Below, one piece after another: positions 13,219 to 27,041 of a stretch of DNA of 64,000 nt. The DNA is from Octopus sinensis. Its lineage: Eukaryota. The translations under genes and the position numbers were made by a program. Below the pieces are notes generated by a model, which had not been told where the DNA came from, made no database searches, and saw only the letters and a program-made list of their open reading frames with translations. Each line of letters opens with the position of its first letter. Position 1 is the stretch's first letter. Location of the stretch: positions 68,510,001 through 68,574,000 of the forward strand of contig NC_042998.1 of assembly GCF_006345805.1 (NCBI RefSeq), in the 5' to 3' direction.

Positions 13219-16200
13219 TACACATATAAAACGTCATCTACTTCAAAAGCAACTGATAAACAGTCTAGTTTTCAGCTTGAAAAAAATGATGCGTAGTAAA
13301 TTGTTTCAACAAGGAAACCCTGGGTAGCTATATTTCACAAGACTTCTGGTTTTTATTTATAACATTATTTTTTCCTCTCTTAGCTGATTGAGTGCTATTC
13401 AACTTATGTTGTTTTTGTTGCTTTTAACTCCTACCAAGCGGTAGATTTGTAGCCAGTGATTGAGCCTCCTCATCTTGACAGGTGCAAAGGGTGCTGGTGC
13501 CTGAGGTGACAGTTCAGGCTAAGTGTGGTACATGTATGTACATAGATGTATATATACAAAATTTGTCTAAGCATGCAGTTGATAGTGAATCCTTAGTACT
13601 GATGATGTGCAAAGATGCTGAAATCCTGGATAATTTCAGCATCTCTACTGGATGAAAAACTTTCTCAAGGTGAATACTGCAGTTTTGTGGATTATAATTG
13701 CTTAATCCCTGTGGATTATGATTGCTTAATACAGACTTATTTTGAACCAGTATTGCTTCTATCATCAATAATGAATAGAGAAATAGTTAGGCTGGCAAGC
13801 AGATAATTAGATAGATATTAATGAAGTAAAGATTGATTGCCAACATAACACGGCTGTCCTGGTTTAGGATGAATGTTGCTGTAATTTAGCTCCAGGATAC
13901 AACGTCTCCAGCTGGCTATACGACACGATCTGTGTCCTTATATTTTCGAACAATGAATCTAACACCCCCACCCACCCAGCTCAAAACAATATCTGTGTAT
14001 CGAGATTTCCTGGTTATTTCTCTTCATCAGCACAGAATAATTGTTCAGCTAGTTGCACTGCCAAATTCCCATTCAAAATATATAGTTTTCAAAGTGACAA
14101 CTAGTCACTGATTTATAAATTAGAAAATTACTATTTTTAAATTTCACAACAAGGGATATTCAGTAACAGTACTTTGGAGTAAAGATTGTTTGCCAACATA
14201 ACATGGCACTCCTGGGGGTGCTAGATTCCCTTGTTCGAAAGTATAAGGACACAGATCGTCCTAAACCAGAACTGGCATGTTATGTTGGCAAAAATCTTTA
14301 CTCCAAAATACTGTTGCTGAATATCTCACATTGTGAGATTTAAAAATAGTAATTTTCTGATATTAATGAAATATTAATGGCGATAATATGCACACACACA
14401 CACACACACACACATACCCTTCTGTAATTTCTAGCAACTTCCATTTTCTATTTTCTAGTATCCATAAATCTTAACTTATGTTTCTTCAAAATATTTTCTT
14501 TCTTCCCCCAGAGTCGAATCATGCGTGATATGAGTCGCACCAGTGCACAAGGCATTAGTCGTTCCCTGGGATATGGTTTTGTGAGTTTCCAAGAGCACCA
14601 ACATGCTTTGACTGCTCTTCGAAATACAAATAATAACCCAGACATCTTTGGTCCAAATAAAGTAAGTAATCTTTTTACTTGACTCTATTTTGTGCTCAAC
14701 CCTCCTCCTCCTCATCTTTCTTGTAAATAACAAGGAGGAGGCAGAGATGAGGGGTTAACCCTTTCATGTTTATATTACTGTCAACTGTAATTCTATCTTT
14801 CAGAGACTTATTATTGAATTTTCCCTGGAAAACAAGAAAGCTTTAGAAGTTAAACAGAAAAGATTGGATAAATCTAAGGTAAGCTGCTTTACTGTTATCA
14901 TAGGTGGTGGTCATGGTGATGTTTATGGCAGTTTTAGTGGTGGTATTAGGAGTGGCTGTTATTTCTAGCATATCAATCAACCATGTTGAAGCATCCTCAG
15001 TCATTTTTTTCATATCATTTAATTATTAAATGTTGGTTTCAGGGAAGAGGAGAGAAACTGAAGAATTGTTTTGTACATCACCATCATCATTTAACATCCG
15101 GAATTTGTATCTTTGTGGTACCAGTGCCGGTGGCACATAAGAAAACCATCCGAACGTGGCCGTAGCCAGTACCGCATCGACTGGCCTCCGTGCTGTGGGC
15201 ACGTAACAAACACAATCCGATCGTGGCCGTTCGCCAGCCTCGTCTGGCACCTGTGTCGGTGGCACATAAAAAACACCATCCGAGCATGGCCGTCTGCCAG
15301 CCTCGTCTGGCACCTGTGTCGGTGGCACATAAAAAACACCATCCGAGCGTGGCCGTTTGCCAGCCTCGTCTGGCACCTGTGTCGGTGGCACATAAAATCA
15401 CCCACTACACTCTCGGAGTGGTTGGCGTTAGGAAGGGCATCCAGCTGTAGAAACACTGCCAGATCCGACTGGCCTGGTGCAGCCTTCGGGCTCCCCAGAC
15501 CCCAGTTGAACCGTCCAACCCATGCTAGCATGGAAAGCGGACGTTAAATGATGATGATGATGATGATTCCATGCTGGCATGGGTTGGACGGTTTGATAGG
15601 AGCTGGTAAGCTAGAGGGCCGCACCAGGTTCCTTTTGGCTTGGTTTCCAATTTTGGGTGCCCTCTCTAACCCTTTTTTTTTCTTTGTTCAGTCATTGACT
15701 GCAGCTATGCTGGAGCACTGCCTTTAGTTGAACAAATCGACTCCAGCACTTATTCTTCTTTAAGCTGGGTACATAGTATGTCAGTCTCTTTTGCCAAACC
15801 ACTAATTACGGGGATGTAAACACACCGACATCAAATTGTCAAATGATGGTGGGGAGACAAACAGAGACACACAAATACATACACATATATATATATATCA
15901 TCATCATCATCATTGTTTAACGTCTGCTTTCTATGCTGGCATGGGTTGGATGGTTTGACTCTGGAGAGCCATCAGCTGCACCAGGCTCCCATCTGATCTG
16001 ATGAAATTTCTACAGCTGGATGCCCTTCCTAACGCCAACCACTCCAAGAGTGTAGTGGGTGCTTTTTACATGCCACCAGCACAGGAGTCACTCAGTGGGT
16101 ACTGGCATCAGTCATGATTGGTTGGTGCTTTTTACATGCCATCAGCACAGGAGCCAATCAGGCAGACTTGGCATCAACTATGTTCAGATGGTGCTTTTTA

Positions 16201-17907
16201 CGTGCCACTGGCATGAGAGCCAGTCTGGGGGTACTGGCTTTGGCCACATTCGGTTGGTGCTTTTTATATGCCACCGACATGGGAGCCAGTCAGATGGACC
16301 TGGCATTGACCACGTTTGGATGGTGCTTTTTACGTGCCACCAGCGCTGGAGCCAGCCAGGAGCACCGGCCCCAGCTATGATATTGATTTTACTTGACTCA
16401 ACAGGTCTTCTCAAGCATATCGTATAGCCTGACACATTAAGGTATTCTTAACAGGGCTGGACAAGCATGGCTGTGATCTCACTTTAGTTGCTGGGTTTTC
16501 TCAATCACAGCATATCCTCAATGGTCCCAGTCTCCTGTCATTGCCTCTGGGAGGCTCAGTGTTTGATGGTCATGCTTCACCACCTCATTCCATGTCTTCC
16601 TGGGTCTACCTTTTCCACAGGTTCCTTCTTATCTGTTTGGGAGTGGCACTTCCCCACACAATTGTCTTCATTCATACATAACACGTGACCATACCAGTGC
16701 AGTTGCCGCTCTTACACACCACATTTGATGCTTCTTATGCCCAACTTTTCTCTCAGGGCACTTATATATATATGATGGGCTTCTTACAGTTTCCGTCTAC
16801 AAAATCCACTCACAAGGCTTCGGTTGACCCAGGGCTATAGTAGCAGACATTTACCCTAGGTGCCATGCAAGTGTGACCGAACCCAGAACCATGTGGTTGG
16901 TAAGCAAGCTTCTTGCCACACAGCCACACTGGTGCCAATATGTATGATTTATCATTTATAATTATTTTTGTTCTTATTTCCTTGTGACAACAGCAAGTTT
17001 TATCACAGAGGCAAAAGAAAGACATTTTTTCCAAGAAAGACAAAGGACAACAGCCAACAGCTGGTGCCAAAAGAGAGAGATTCCATGGTAAAACACAGAA
17101 GCAGAAAATAATGCCATCGCATTTGGGACCAAAGAATCGTCATAGAGACAAAGGATTGCCTGTCGCTAAAACAGGGAAGAAGTTTAAAGAGAAAAGGATC
17201 AGAGAATTCCAAGGCAACCAAAAACAGAATCAAGTACGTATTATTTTTATCTTTTACTTGTTTCAAACATTAGACTGTGGCCATGCTGGGGCACCACATT
17301 GAAGAATTTTAGTCTGACCCCAGTACTTAAATTTTTGTAAGCTTAATACTTACTGTATTTTAACGTGTATAAGGAACCCATTTTTTTGTCAAAAATTGGG
17401 TTAAAAAAATATGGGAGTTTCTTATACATGGATAGCATTATAATCCCTTACAAAACTGTTTTTCCAAATTTTAAGCCCCCAAAATTAAGGGTTCCTTATA
17501 CACGTTAAAATATAGTATTTTATCAATCTCTTTTGCTGGACTGCTAATTGACAGGGATGTAAACATACCAACACTGGTTGTCAACCAGTTGGTGGGAGAT
17601 AAACACAGACACATGTTAAACCTCTGAACTCAACGCGTTTTTTTTTTGTTTTTTTTCATTCGCTCTCTATTTATTTCCATTTATTCTTTCCTATCAAAGA
17701 GCATTGGCTCGAAATATAAAAAACTCTAGAATATCAAATGTACGTACACCTCAATTCATGTTGTTCTGTATTTGCACCTACCCCTCCACATTAATTACTG
17801 GTTTGTCTTGTTTTTTTCAGAAACCACAAAAAAGAAAAGCATTTTCAGATAACTTTGATTCAATGGTTGCAAAATACAAAAAGAAGATGTTAAGTACGTC
17901 ATCATAG
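166..17907 (+). CDS. RBM28: RNA-binding protein 28 (Nop4-like nucleolar RRM protein), 3' 11 exons; the 5' part lies upstream of the window
   Basis: Exons 166-561, 1210-1276, 2831-2934, 3916-3989, 4682-4820, 6524-6588, 12418-12573, 14512-14661, 14804-14878, 16994-17233 and 17821-17907 all have AG/GT boundaries and compatible phases (1553 nt, frame continuous to TAG). The translation gives an acidic tract, RRM3 (DVNQGRTIFIRNVPF...GSGFVQF), RNLHLAREGLIRVGMKAAEG, KLKDPNIFVSDTRLCVQNIP, RRM4 ([43 protein letters not shown]) and C-terminal FDSMVAKYKKKM, all matching RBM28 motifs as I remember them. The acceptors at 4682 and 16994 have nearby in-frame alternatives. Confidence 0.95.
2983..3408. mobile_element. 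Head-to-head pair of a tRNA-headed SINE-like element with a Penelope-type tail (foldback)
   Basis: 2983-3191 is the reverse complement of 3204-3408 around a 12-nt loop. The head is tRNA-like (GGTGTAGTGGTTAAGAG...GAGTTCGATTC). The tail contains CTGATGA...GAAAC. Confidence 0.75.
6924..7428. mobile_element. piggyBac-like MITE (degraded)
   Basis: CCCATT...ATGGG ends, TTAA on the right and degenerate CCAA on the left, AT-rich interior. Confidence 0.5.
7795..8165 (+). mobile_element. tRNA-derived SINE, representative copy of the commonest family here (other copies near 4905, 12000 (-), 23860 (-), 28300, 38660 (-), 44990, 48330, 61375 and 63380 (-))
   Basis: Head GGAGTGGCTGTGTGGTAAG...GGTTCAGTCCC, central CTTGGGCAAGTGTCTTCT box, internal (TG)n, and tail GGTGCTCCAGCATGGCCGCAGTCAAATGACTGAAAC, repeated many times in the window. 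Confidence 0.85.
8431..9522 (+). mobile_element. Internally deleted piggyBac transposon
   Basis: TTAA at 8431-8434 and 9519-9522 flank perfect 12-bp TIRs CCCTTTCGTTAC/GTAACGAAAGGG. The interior has a frameshifted transposase N-terminus (acidic S/E tract, FYLLF...ETKRYA...WFPTTLNEIK) typical of the PGBD family. Confidence 0.9.
9790..10615 (+). mobile_element. RTE-clade LINE 3' fragment with (GAT)n tail
   Basis: ORF 9810-10139 (MIRWMCNV...RRLHWYGHVLWM...RGRGRPRKTW) is the RTE C-terminal signature, followed by the family 3' UTR. Confidence 0.85.
14122..14358. repeat. Intronic inverted repeat (about 84-bp arms, 70-nt spacer)
   Basis: 14122-14205 is the reverse complement of 14276-14358. Confidence 0.8.
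15080..15570 (+). mobile_element. RTE-tail element with an internal 63-bp tandem expansion
   Basis: About 3 near-identical GCCAGCCTCGTCTGGCACCTGTGTCGGTGGCACATAAAAAACACCATCCGAGC... units precede the RTE-type 3' end and (GAT)n. Confidence 0.75.
15895..16740 (-). mobile_element. RTE-clade LINE 3' fragment
   Basis: Reverse complement of the 9790-10615 element, including the RGRPRKTW-type segment and the (CAT)n tail. Confidence 0.75.
17351..17517. mobile_element. Tc1/mariner (pogo/Tigger-like) MITE
   Basis: 28-bp inverted termini TACTGTATTTTAACGTGTATAAGGAACC (27/28 match) including TA target duplications. Confidence 0.8.
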
Positions 17908-18088
17908 GCTGTGTATTGATTACACTGTTGGTGCTTTTTATGGTGATAAACCATTGAGTCTGTGTGGTTCAATCACATTATCATCTTCATCATAGTCAAG
18001 GAGATTTTTCCCTCACTCAGCTACAGAACATTTTTAACACCAACAAATTCAAATTTGAAATGATGTCTTATTAAATATTACTGATTCA

Positions 18089-18094
18089 AATAAA
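18089..18094 (+). terminator. Candidate RBM28 polyadenylation signal
   Basis: First AATAAA about 180 nt after the stop codon, followed by T-rich sequence. Confidence 0.5.
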
Positions 18095-19059
18095 ATCTGA
18101 AATTGTTATCCAAACCAATACAAGGTTCTATTTTCTTATTGTTTTCATTTTCAGTCACATTTATCTTCTTACAGCTATAAATCTGTTTCTCTTGTAAGAT
18201 CACACCCTCTGTCATCCATCCCCTACACCTAAATCCACATCTTCGCTCCTATTCTTTTCTCGTTCACGAAGCCTCCTTTAGTCTCTTCATTCTTGCAAGT
18301 TACTCGGTGACCTCACTGATGCTGGTGCTACAAAGCAAAAGCACTCGGTAGACTCTGCTGCTCCCAGCGAGTCATCGTTGAAAATGGTTTAAATGGATTG
18401 CAACCAGCCCCCTTCCAGTCACTTTGAAGTTGTTACAGTAGTTCCTCATCAGAATCTTAATCTTCTCCAGTATATAGACAAAGTCTATTGCTTCCATCAA
18501 CAATTTGTACAATAGAGATCATCATCATCATAAGCATTAACCAGATCCAGCCGTATGATGTTCAGACCCTTTTACTCTTCGTTGCATCTTGTAATGCATG
18601 TTCCACACACATGTGATTCTGGCATTCTGGACACTTTCAGCCACAAAGCCATTATCTTCATTTAACGTCTGCTTGCCATGCTAGCATGGGTTAGATGGTT
18701 TGACTGGAACTGGTAAACTAAGGAGCTGCAGCAGATTCCAGCTTGATTTGGCATGGTTTCCACAGCTGGATGCCCTTCCTAATGCCAACCACTGCAAAAA
18801 TGTAATGGGTGCTTTTTATGTGCCACCAGCATGGGTGCTATTTACATGACACTGGCAATGGCCATGACTACGATTTCACTTGACAAGCTTTCTCAAGTAC
18901 AGCATATTGCCAATGGTCTCTGTCACTTGTCATTGCCTCCAAGAGGTTTGACATTTGAAAATCTTAAACACAAAGACCCATGACCCCCAAAGATCTTTTT
19001 CTTTCTAAGAGCTGAAAACATTCCCCCCACCTTCCTCCCAGTTCTACAAGCTCAGAGCT

Positions 19060-22000
19060 TGCACTGTGAAAGGTAGGTCTGGAGAGACACTTGAGATGTT
19101 TGACTGGAGACGTAGATGTGTGCTGTGTCCAAGAGGTACGATGGAGGGCAGCCTCAGCATAGATACAAATTTTTCTGGGAAGGCAACAATGAAGGCCTAG
19201 GTGGTGTAGGTATTCTACTAGCAGTGAAATGGATAAAGTCATTGAGGTAGTTAGAGATGTGATAAGATTATTAAGCTAAGAATAACTGTAACATCTCTGC
19301 ATATGTTCTGCACACCAGATTTGCAGATGCTCAGAAGGACCATTTCTACGAATCTTTTCTGAGGATCACCTTGACAATGACATTCTCGTCATAGCAGGGA
19401 CTTCAATGGACATGTTAGACAACATTCCAATGAATGTACATGGCAGCTACGGCTTTGGCTCCAGAAATGAGGAGGGGACAAAGCTACTGGAGTTTTGCTA
19501 TGCTCATGGCTTACTGGTCTGCAACACCAACTTCAGAAAACCTGCCAACCATCTGATCACTTATCAATCTGGGGGACACACTAGCCAGATTGAATACATC
19601 CTTAGCAGACAGGGATAGATATATGCTCATAAATGCAAAATTCTTCCCAGGCGAAGAATGTACAACTCAACATAAGCTAGTGATTTGTGATTTCAGGCAT
19701 AGGGCCAGAAAGATACTGAGACACAAGTCAATATGGAGCCCAAGGATCGCTCAAATGGGCAGAAATTTAGAGACATCCTCAATGAGACTTATGATGAGGA
19801 GGGAGATATATATGATGCAGAGGACAACTGGAGGTTCCTACGGGACAGTCTTCTGTAAGCAACAGACCAAGGATAACTTTGTGATGGAGCAGTAACGTTG
19901 ATAGGGCCATGAAGGAGGAAAAAGTGGGATGATGACAAAAATCTTATCAGAAAGTTAAAAGGGAGGCTAGAGGTCAGGTCTCTCTTGCTAGGGTAGAAGC
20001 AAAAAAGGAGAGGTTTACCAAAAGTCTTACAGCATGAAGATCAGAGACTTGAAGTGTTCAGGATTGCCAGACAGTAGTATGTCAGTGAGAATCAGAATAT
20101 TGTAGGAGAGAATTGTATGCAGATGGATAATGGCATGCTTGCATTCAATGATGTGGAAAGTTACTATGTGAGGCAGTGGAATGAATAGGATAAAGGGAGT
20201 CTCTCTCATGTGAGCCCATCTGAGGGATCAGCTATTCTAATGGACAGTAGTATAGTAGATAAGGCAATTAAAAACATGAAAGCTGGGTCATCCGGTATCA
20301 CAGCTGCAATGCTCAAAATATCCAGTAAGATAGGCGACTGACTGATTACCCGCACAGTTAGGTGTATTACCCAGAGACTGGCGTAGTAGCATAATTGTTA
20401 GCTGCTACAAGGGTAAGTGATGCGTTAGATAGATGCATCAAATTCCTGGGCCAGGTGATGGAATTTACGAAGAGAGTTATTGCCCAATTAACTAGGAGCA
20501 GAATTACGCTAGATGAAATGCAGTTTGGCTTTGTCCAGGGAAGAAGCAATACTGACGCTATTTTTATAGTCAGGCAACTGCAAGAGAAGTACTTAGCTAA
20601 GAATAAACCATTATACATAGCATTCGTTTATCTAGAAGAGAAAGCCTTCAATAGAATGTCCCACTGTGTGATATCGTGGGCTCTGAAGGGGCTAGGGATA
20701 GACAAGTGGCTGGTGAAAAGTACAGGCCAGGGGCCAGGTACAAAGATGTCAGTAAGATGAGTCAACCACGAGAACAGCGAAGAATTTGGTGTACAGGTAG
20801 GGGTTCATCAAGGCTCAGTCCTTAGTCCTGTTCATCCTTTTTATCATTGTCCTCCAGACCATAACGGAGGAATTCAAGACACGCAGCTTATGGGAACAAT
20901 TATATGCTGATGGTCTGGCTCTCATAGCGAATTCCATATCAGAGTTAGATGAAAAATTCCAGGGGTAGAAGCAAAACCTGGAATGTAAGGGCCTTAAGGT
21001 TAATTTAGCGGAGACTAATGTCCTAATAAGCAAGAAAACTGATGGATCCTAACCCCGTCGAGTAGGTCTCCCTGTTTGATTTGTAGGAAAGGGGTAGGCA
21101 GGAACTTCATACGGGTATCCAGTGCAAGCTGTGGACACACAAGAAGTGCAGTGGGTTAATTGAAAGGTTATCAGAGAAGATAGTTTTCATATGTGGAAGA
21201 TGGACTGGATGTATAAAAACTTCAGGGACTCAGGAAGTTGATTCTCTTAAATACTCTGGTGACTCATTAGAAGTTGTAGGTACTTTCCGCTATTTAGAGA
21301 AGCAAATTAATACAGGGGAAATATGCACGTAGAGTGTGATAGCGAGAATAAGAACAGGATGGAGAGAGCCGTTACCTCTGTTGGCTATGAAAGGTTTCTC
21401 TCTGCGAATGAAAGATTGTATGATGCATATATATGGACTGCAATTCTACATGGTAGTGAGATGTGGGGCCTGAATGCAGAGGACATCCAGAGGTTAGAAA
21501 GGAGTGAGGTTAGTATGCTCCACTGGATGTGTAATGTAAGTGTATATGCTTGACAGAGTGCCAGCGTTCTGAGGGTGAAGTTAGGCATAAGAGGAATTGG
21601 TTGCGGTGTACAAGAGAGAAGACTGTACTGGTTTGGTCATGTGATGCGGATAGATGCCAACAGCTGATCTCTCAAAGGAGATGGAACACGTGGAAGTGGG
21701 AGACCCAGGAAGACTTGGGATGAAGTACTGAAGAGCAGCCTCTGGGAGCTGACCCTTTCAGGCGAGATGACAAAAGACCAAGATACTTGGCCGTACTCAA
21801 GAAGACCCATACCCCACAGCAAAAGTATTAAAACCGATCCTGCTGATGGTGTCAAGCAATTGTGGCGGTGTCATGTAAAAGCGCCTGTGCGGTGCCACGT
21901 ACGAGCGCCCTGCAGTGCCACATAAAAGCACCCAGCACACTCTGTAAAGTGGTTGGCGTTAGAAAGGGCATCTGGTCGTATAAACCATGCTAAATCAGAC

Positions 22001-22085
22001 TGGAGTCTGGTGCAGCTTGCCAGCTCTAGTCAAACCATCCAACCGATGCTAACATGGATAGCGTACCTTAGATGATGATGATGTA
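19060..22085 (+). mobile_element. Decayed RTE-clade LINE (APE endonuclease + RT), many frameshifts
   Basis: Fragments GFGSRNEEGTKLLEFC...NTNFRK...ITYQSGGHTSQIEYIL (APE), MQFGFVQGRSNTDAIFIVRQLQEKY (RT), LYADGLAL (YADD-like), LHWMCNV, and the (GAT)n tail. Confidence 0.9.
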
Positions 22086-22934
22086 TGTAGCTGTTCTCTT
22101 ATCAAGTACACCTATGTAAATCTTGCAGCCTAATTTCAGGATCAAAATCGGTTTGAACTAGCCAATCAGTTCTGCTTTAGCTTCTTTTGGTAAGTAAATT
22201 CTTTCCGTCTTGCACCAGACATCAACCAGTTCGTCTTTACACCACAACTCTCCAAGAAGATAAAGCTTATAACCTGAGTACAATACTTGTATACCTTGTA
22301 TGGTACTCCATCAGGGTATACATAACATGCTCCATAGGATTATATCCAGACTGCCTACAAATCATATTTAAAACAGAAGCACGCATGCATATATACATGT
22401 GTGTATATATATACATATATGCATATTCACACATACACATATATTTCCATATTTCTGTCTAGATATCTATCTACCTACCTATCTACCTATCTATCTATGC
22501 ATACAATAAAACACCTCCCAAAATAAATCTTCTCTCGATACCAGCTAATGTACTGTAGAAATTATTGATGTTCTGTTGCACTGTTTCACAGTAACCAATG
22601 TATGTAAATTGAAAGACAGCGTAGCCATGGCTTCTCCTTTAAAGCTCATGAATACCATGTTGTACGTGTTTACTACAGAAAACAAAAAATGGTATCAATA
22701 AGCAAATGACATACATCAGGTATGTGGGTTTTGGACGTTACACAATATCGTATTGGAGAACAGAAGATACTGAGGAATTCAAAGAAGACTTAGAATGTAA
22801 CATTGCACTAAAATATAACCAAAACAAAATAAACAAACAAATGCACTTAGTAATACTACGACTCTGTTTCTAGTTTAAACATTCAGAGAGAAAATAACAA
22901 ATAAATCATATTTACATGAATGATACATGCATGA

Positions 22935-23250
22935 TTGTGTGGTAAGAAGTTTGTTTCCCTATCAGCTGAGTCTATTATCAAGATTGTGCCGCCTCCTTCT
23001 CTTAACAGGGAAAGGAAGGCTTGGTTTTTCTGTGTAGTAGCCATATTGAAAGAAACAATATGGAAGACGCGAGTAAGAGGGATAGTGACAGGTACTTTCG
23101 TCTCCGGCCAGGGGCTGGTTAACTTTTTTAGTTTCCATCCCGATAGTAAGATCAGGCTGGAGAAGAGATACCTCTCACAGGATATGATCGTGAAAAGATG
23201 GGTGAAAATTGCAGAATCTTGCCTGTCAGTGTTGTATATACATCAATAAT
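22935..23250 (+). mobile_element. Tx1/L1-like LINE ORF2 C-terminal fragment (second subfamily)
   Basis: VSLSAESIIKIVPP...VVAILKETIWKTRVRGIVTGTFVSG aligns with VRLSTESIIKIDPP...VVAIAKEAVWKTRIKGIKTGNFISG of the 25095-27041 element. Confidence 0.75.
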
Positions 23251-24074
23251 GATACTTAGTTAATTAATAGACAAAACCATCGTGTAATACAAACACAAAT
23301 GCCTCAGCCGCCATATCGAAAAAAGAACCTAAGATACAAAGTGTATTTTATAGGATTGAATGCATTCTAGCTATAGAATAGATGAACGCATTATAAAATC
23401 CCCCACAAAGCCATAAGCTAACACTGATAATATACCACAAAAATACTATAACCAATAAACTCATGAACAAGTGGGTTCACATGCTTGTGGCTTGTCAATG
23501 ATATATAAATATATAAATTCGACTGTAAACGTGAGTTGTAAACTTCATGACTTCAACTGTAATATTGGTCCTACAAATACTGCACTCTCGCTGCATTACA
23601 ATGTACTTACAACAAAGCACAGCCTTTCACAACACAACACAAATGTGGACAAGACGGTGTGAAGATCATGTATACTCTACAGAATTTACCATAAATATTA
23701 GACGAGTAATGATAGAAGTAATGCTATAAGACAGCACAGTGCTGACATATAAACACACAAACAACTTACATTAATCACAAACAATAGTAAAGTAGTTCCC
23801 GACAGATGAAGCATAAAAAATATTCAAATTCCAGTTGTAATCATTTATCTTTTAGCATTTCCTCGTTTCAGTCATTTGACTGCGGCCATGCTGGAACACT
23901 GCCCCTAGTCGAACAAGTCAACCCCAGGACTTATTCTTTGTAAGCGTAGTACTTATTCTATTGGTCTCTTTTGCCGAACCGCTAAGTTACGGGGACGTAA
24001 ACACACCTACACCGGTTGTCAAGCGATAGTTCGGTGGTGGGGGACAACAACCACAGACAGACACACACACACAA

Positions 24075-24111
<37 letters not shown>

Positions 24112-24588
24112 CACGCATTGATTTTTTGCGTGTGTTTTTTATGTTTGTTTTTCGTTTTGGGTGTATCTGAGCAGGTATCGCCACGCTTTTGGCATAATTT
24201 GATGCAAATTTTCCGCTCAACTTTGTCATAGTCAATGCGACGATCACACGCTACACACCTTCCTTCTGAGTACTGCTGTAAACAGCAGAAGTGAGCTAGA
24301 ACGTTAAAACTTAGTACGTATGCATAGGCGGTTTCACTCTGCATGCTTTAGCTTCGTTACTATACCGACAGTCTGTATACTTATTGATCAGAGTAGTATA
24401 TATATATATATATTGGTGAGTGTGTATGTCCACAACTGCTTGACAACGTATGTTGTTTTTACGTCCCCGTAACTACCGGTTCGGTAAAGGATACCGATAG
24501 AACGAGTACCATTACTAAATATTCTTCAAGGCGGTGCCCCAGCATAGTAGCAGTCTAATGACTGAAACAAGTAAACGACATATATGTA

Positions 24589-24636
<48 letters not shown>

Positions 24637-25094
24637 TGAAAGGGTTCTATACAGTTTCCATCGACCAAATTCACTCACAAGGTATTGGTCGGCCTTGGGC
24701 TACAATAGAAGTCATTTGCCCAAGGTGTAGCACAGGACTGAACAGGAAACCATTTGGTTGCCAAACGTGTTTCTAAACTACATAGCCATGCGTGCGCCTT
24801 CTTACAAACCCATGAGAAAATATAGGTGTCAAATTTTAGCCCGAAGCCAGCAATTTCGAGGGAAGGATAAAGGGATTACATTGACCCTGGAACTCAGCTG
24901 GTATTTATTTTATCGACTCTGAAAGGATGATAGGCAAAGTCGACCTTGGCGGAATTTGAACTCAGATCGTGATAAAGTCGATTATATCGACCCCAGTGCG
25001 TAACTGGTACTTATTTAATCGACCCCGAAAGGATGAAAAGCAAAGTCGACCTCGGCGGAATTTGAACTCAGAACGTAGTGGCAGACGAAATACG

Positions 25095-27041
25095 AATTTC
25101 TTTATTGCCCACCGGGGGCCAAACATAGATATGGACAGTACAACTGATGGGATCAGTGAATCGATATGATTTTACATAAATGTGACATCAAAAATAAAAT
25201 ACAATACATAAAAATCGAATGGAATACACAGTACAAAAACAATACAAATGAAGCGATGATCAAGTTACGCTCCGATCCCACAAGCCCCGATCTACCGCTG
25301 ATACCTTTATTTTTCCCTTTTTTTTTTTTTTTCCTTCGTCTATTCACACGGTTCCTTGCACGCACAACACTCGTGCAACATACTTCCATCTCTTTTGGAA
25401 CGTACACTCTGACAGACACCTGTTCTCCAGCCACAGTTTCCTTTTCAAATGAAAAGAAAAAAGGATCGTAAATTGTCACCAGAGATAAAGTTGCCTGTCT
25501 TAATTCCTTTTATCCTAGTCTTCCATACAGCCTCTTTTGCTATTGCTACAACCGTGAGAAAACAATTCTTACCTTCGTTCGTTAGAACTCCCGGTGGGTC
25601 AATTTTTATAATTGACTCAGTCGACAGCCGTACTCTTCCTTCGCCGGACAACAGATGTTCAGCATAAGCCCACATTTCAGTTATCTCCGGACACTGAACA
25701 TAGTAGCGTGAGGACGGTTTCCTGTCCCCCCCCCCGCATCTTGGACAGGTCGGCGGACTGACGTTTACCATGTCTTGCGAGCTTATCCCAAACGGGCAAG
25801 CACCTCTGTAGCATTGCCAGGTTAAGGACTTTTGGAAGTTGTCCAACGTTCTCAACCCGAATGTACGATGAAACAAGCTGTCCAGTTGAATAAATCCGAG
25901 ACCTAGAGTCGACCCCAGGCCATCGTCGCATTCAGACTCTACCAACCCACTATATAAAATCCGTGTGGAACCCCCACCGCTGGCGTTGCCCGAGCGCCGG
26001 AACAGCAAGAGGGCCTTACGGCACTCTTTATGCCACTCACTCGACCTCGGTCTACGAGAACACCAGGCTTCCTGTTCGCAAAAACTCTTGAACTCAGGGA
26101 ACATTTGTCTGGCCAGCGGCGAACCACACCCGTTCACTATCCAGGAGAATCCAGAGGTGCCTCAACCTCAACGCATGTCTGCGCATCATTAACCAAGCAT
26201 CCCTAAACCTCCATTTAAAGGCTTTTGACAACAGACAGAGCGTTTCACAAGTGGCGACCTGCCCTTCCACAAAAAGCGAAAGAGCTGTCTCTCCAACCTG
26301 ATCAACCACGAATCCGGACAGGGCACTTCCGCCCTTCCTTTCAGGGATAGCCACCGCCAAGACCAGGTCTTGACTACTGCAGCCACCCTGCTCAATACCT
26401 CCGTCCAGTTCTTCTCTATCTGGAGGCCTGGTCCAAACCAAACTCCCAGCAACTTAACCGGTCCCTCCGTCCAGCGCCTAACAACACTGTCTGAAGGCAT
26501 CGACTTGCCAACCCAGGTGCCGAGCTGCAAGCCGACCGACTTTTCCCGGTTAATCTTTGCTCCTGCTACCTCCTCGTAAGCCTCAATAGTCTTACCTACT
26601 TCACGTAGGCGTGCCACTGTGGTTACACTGATAGTGATATCATCCGCGAAAGCCGTAACAAACTCCTCTAGTCCTGGTTCTCTCGGGATGCCACTCAACC
26701 TTTGCAGTAATGGCTCGAGAGCCATCACATACAAAAGTGGTGAAAGCGAAGCGACATCCTTGACGAACCGAGCGTCTGATGCAGAACGGCTTCGAAAGGA
26801 AAACCGTTCACCCGAACTATCGAGTCAATTTGTTGTGGTACAAGCGATAAACCACCTGAGGAAGCCACGGCCCAGGCCAACCGCGCAAGTACAGTCGCTA
26901 GGTATCGATGGTCAACCCTATCAAAAGCTTTAGACTGGTCCAAATGCACCAATGCCCCACCTTTGCCAGATTTATTACCAAACTCTCTATGGTACAGCGA
27001 ATAAGATGGAGGGTATCCTGAATGGTTCTGCCTGGGATGGC
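25095..27041 (-). mobile_element. 5'-truncated Tx1/L1-clade LINE inserted in a SINE head
   Basis: RT motifs LDQSKAFDRVDHRYL, LYVMALEPLL, FADDITI and INREKS; CPRCG...QCP zinc-knuckle-like segment; 3' UTR ending GTGGGCAATAAAGAAATT; flanked by the two halves of a tRNA-derived SINE head. Confidence 0.85.
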
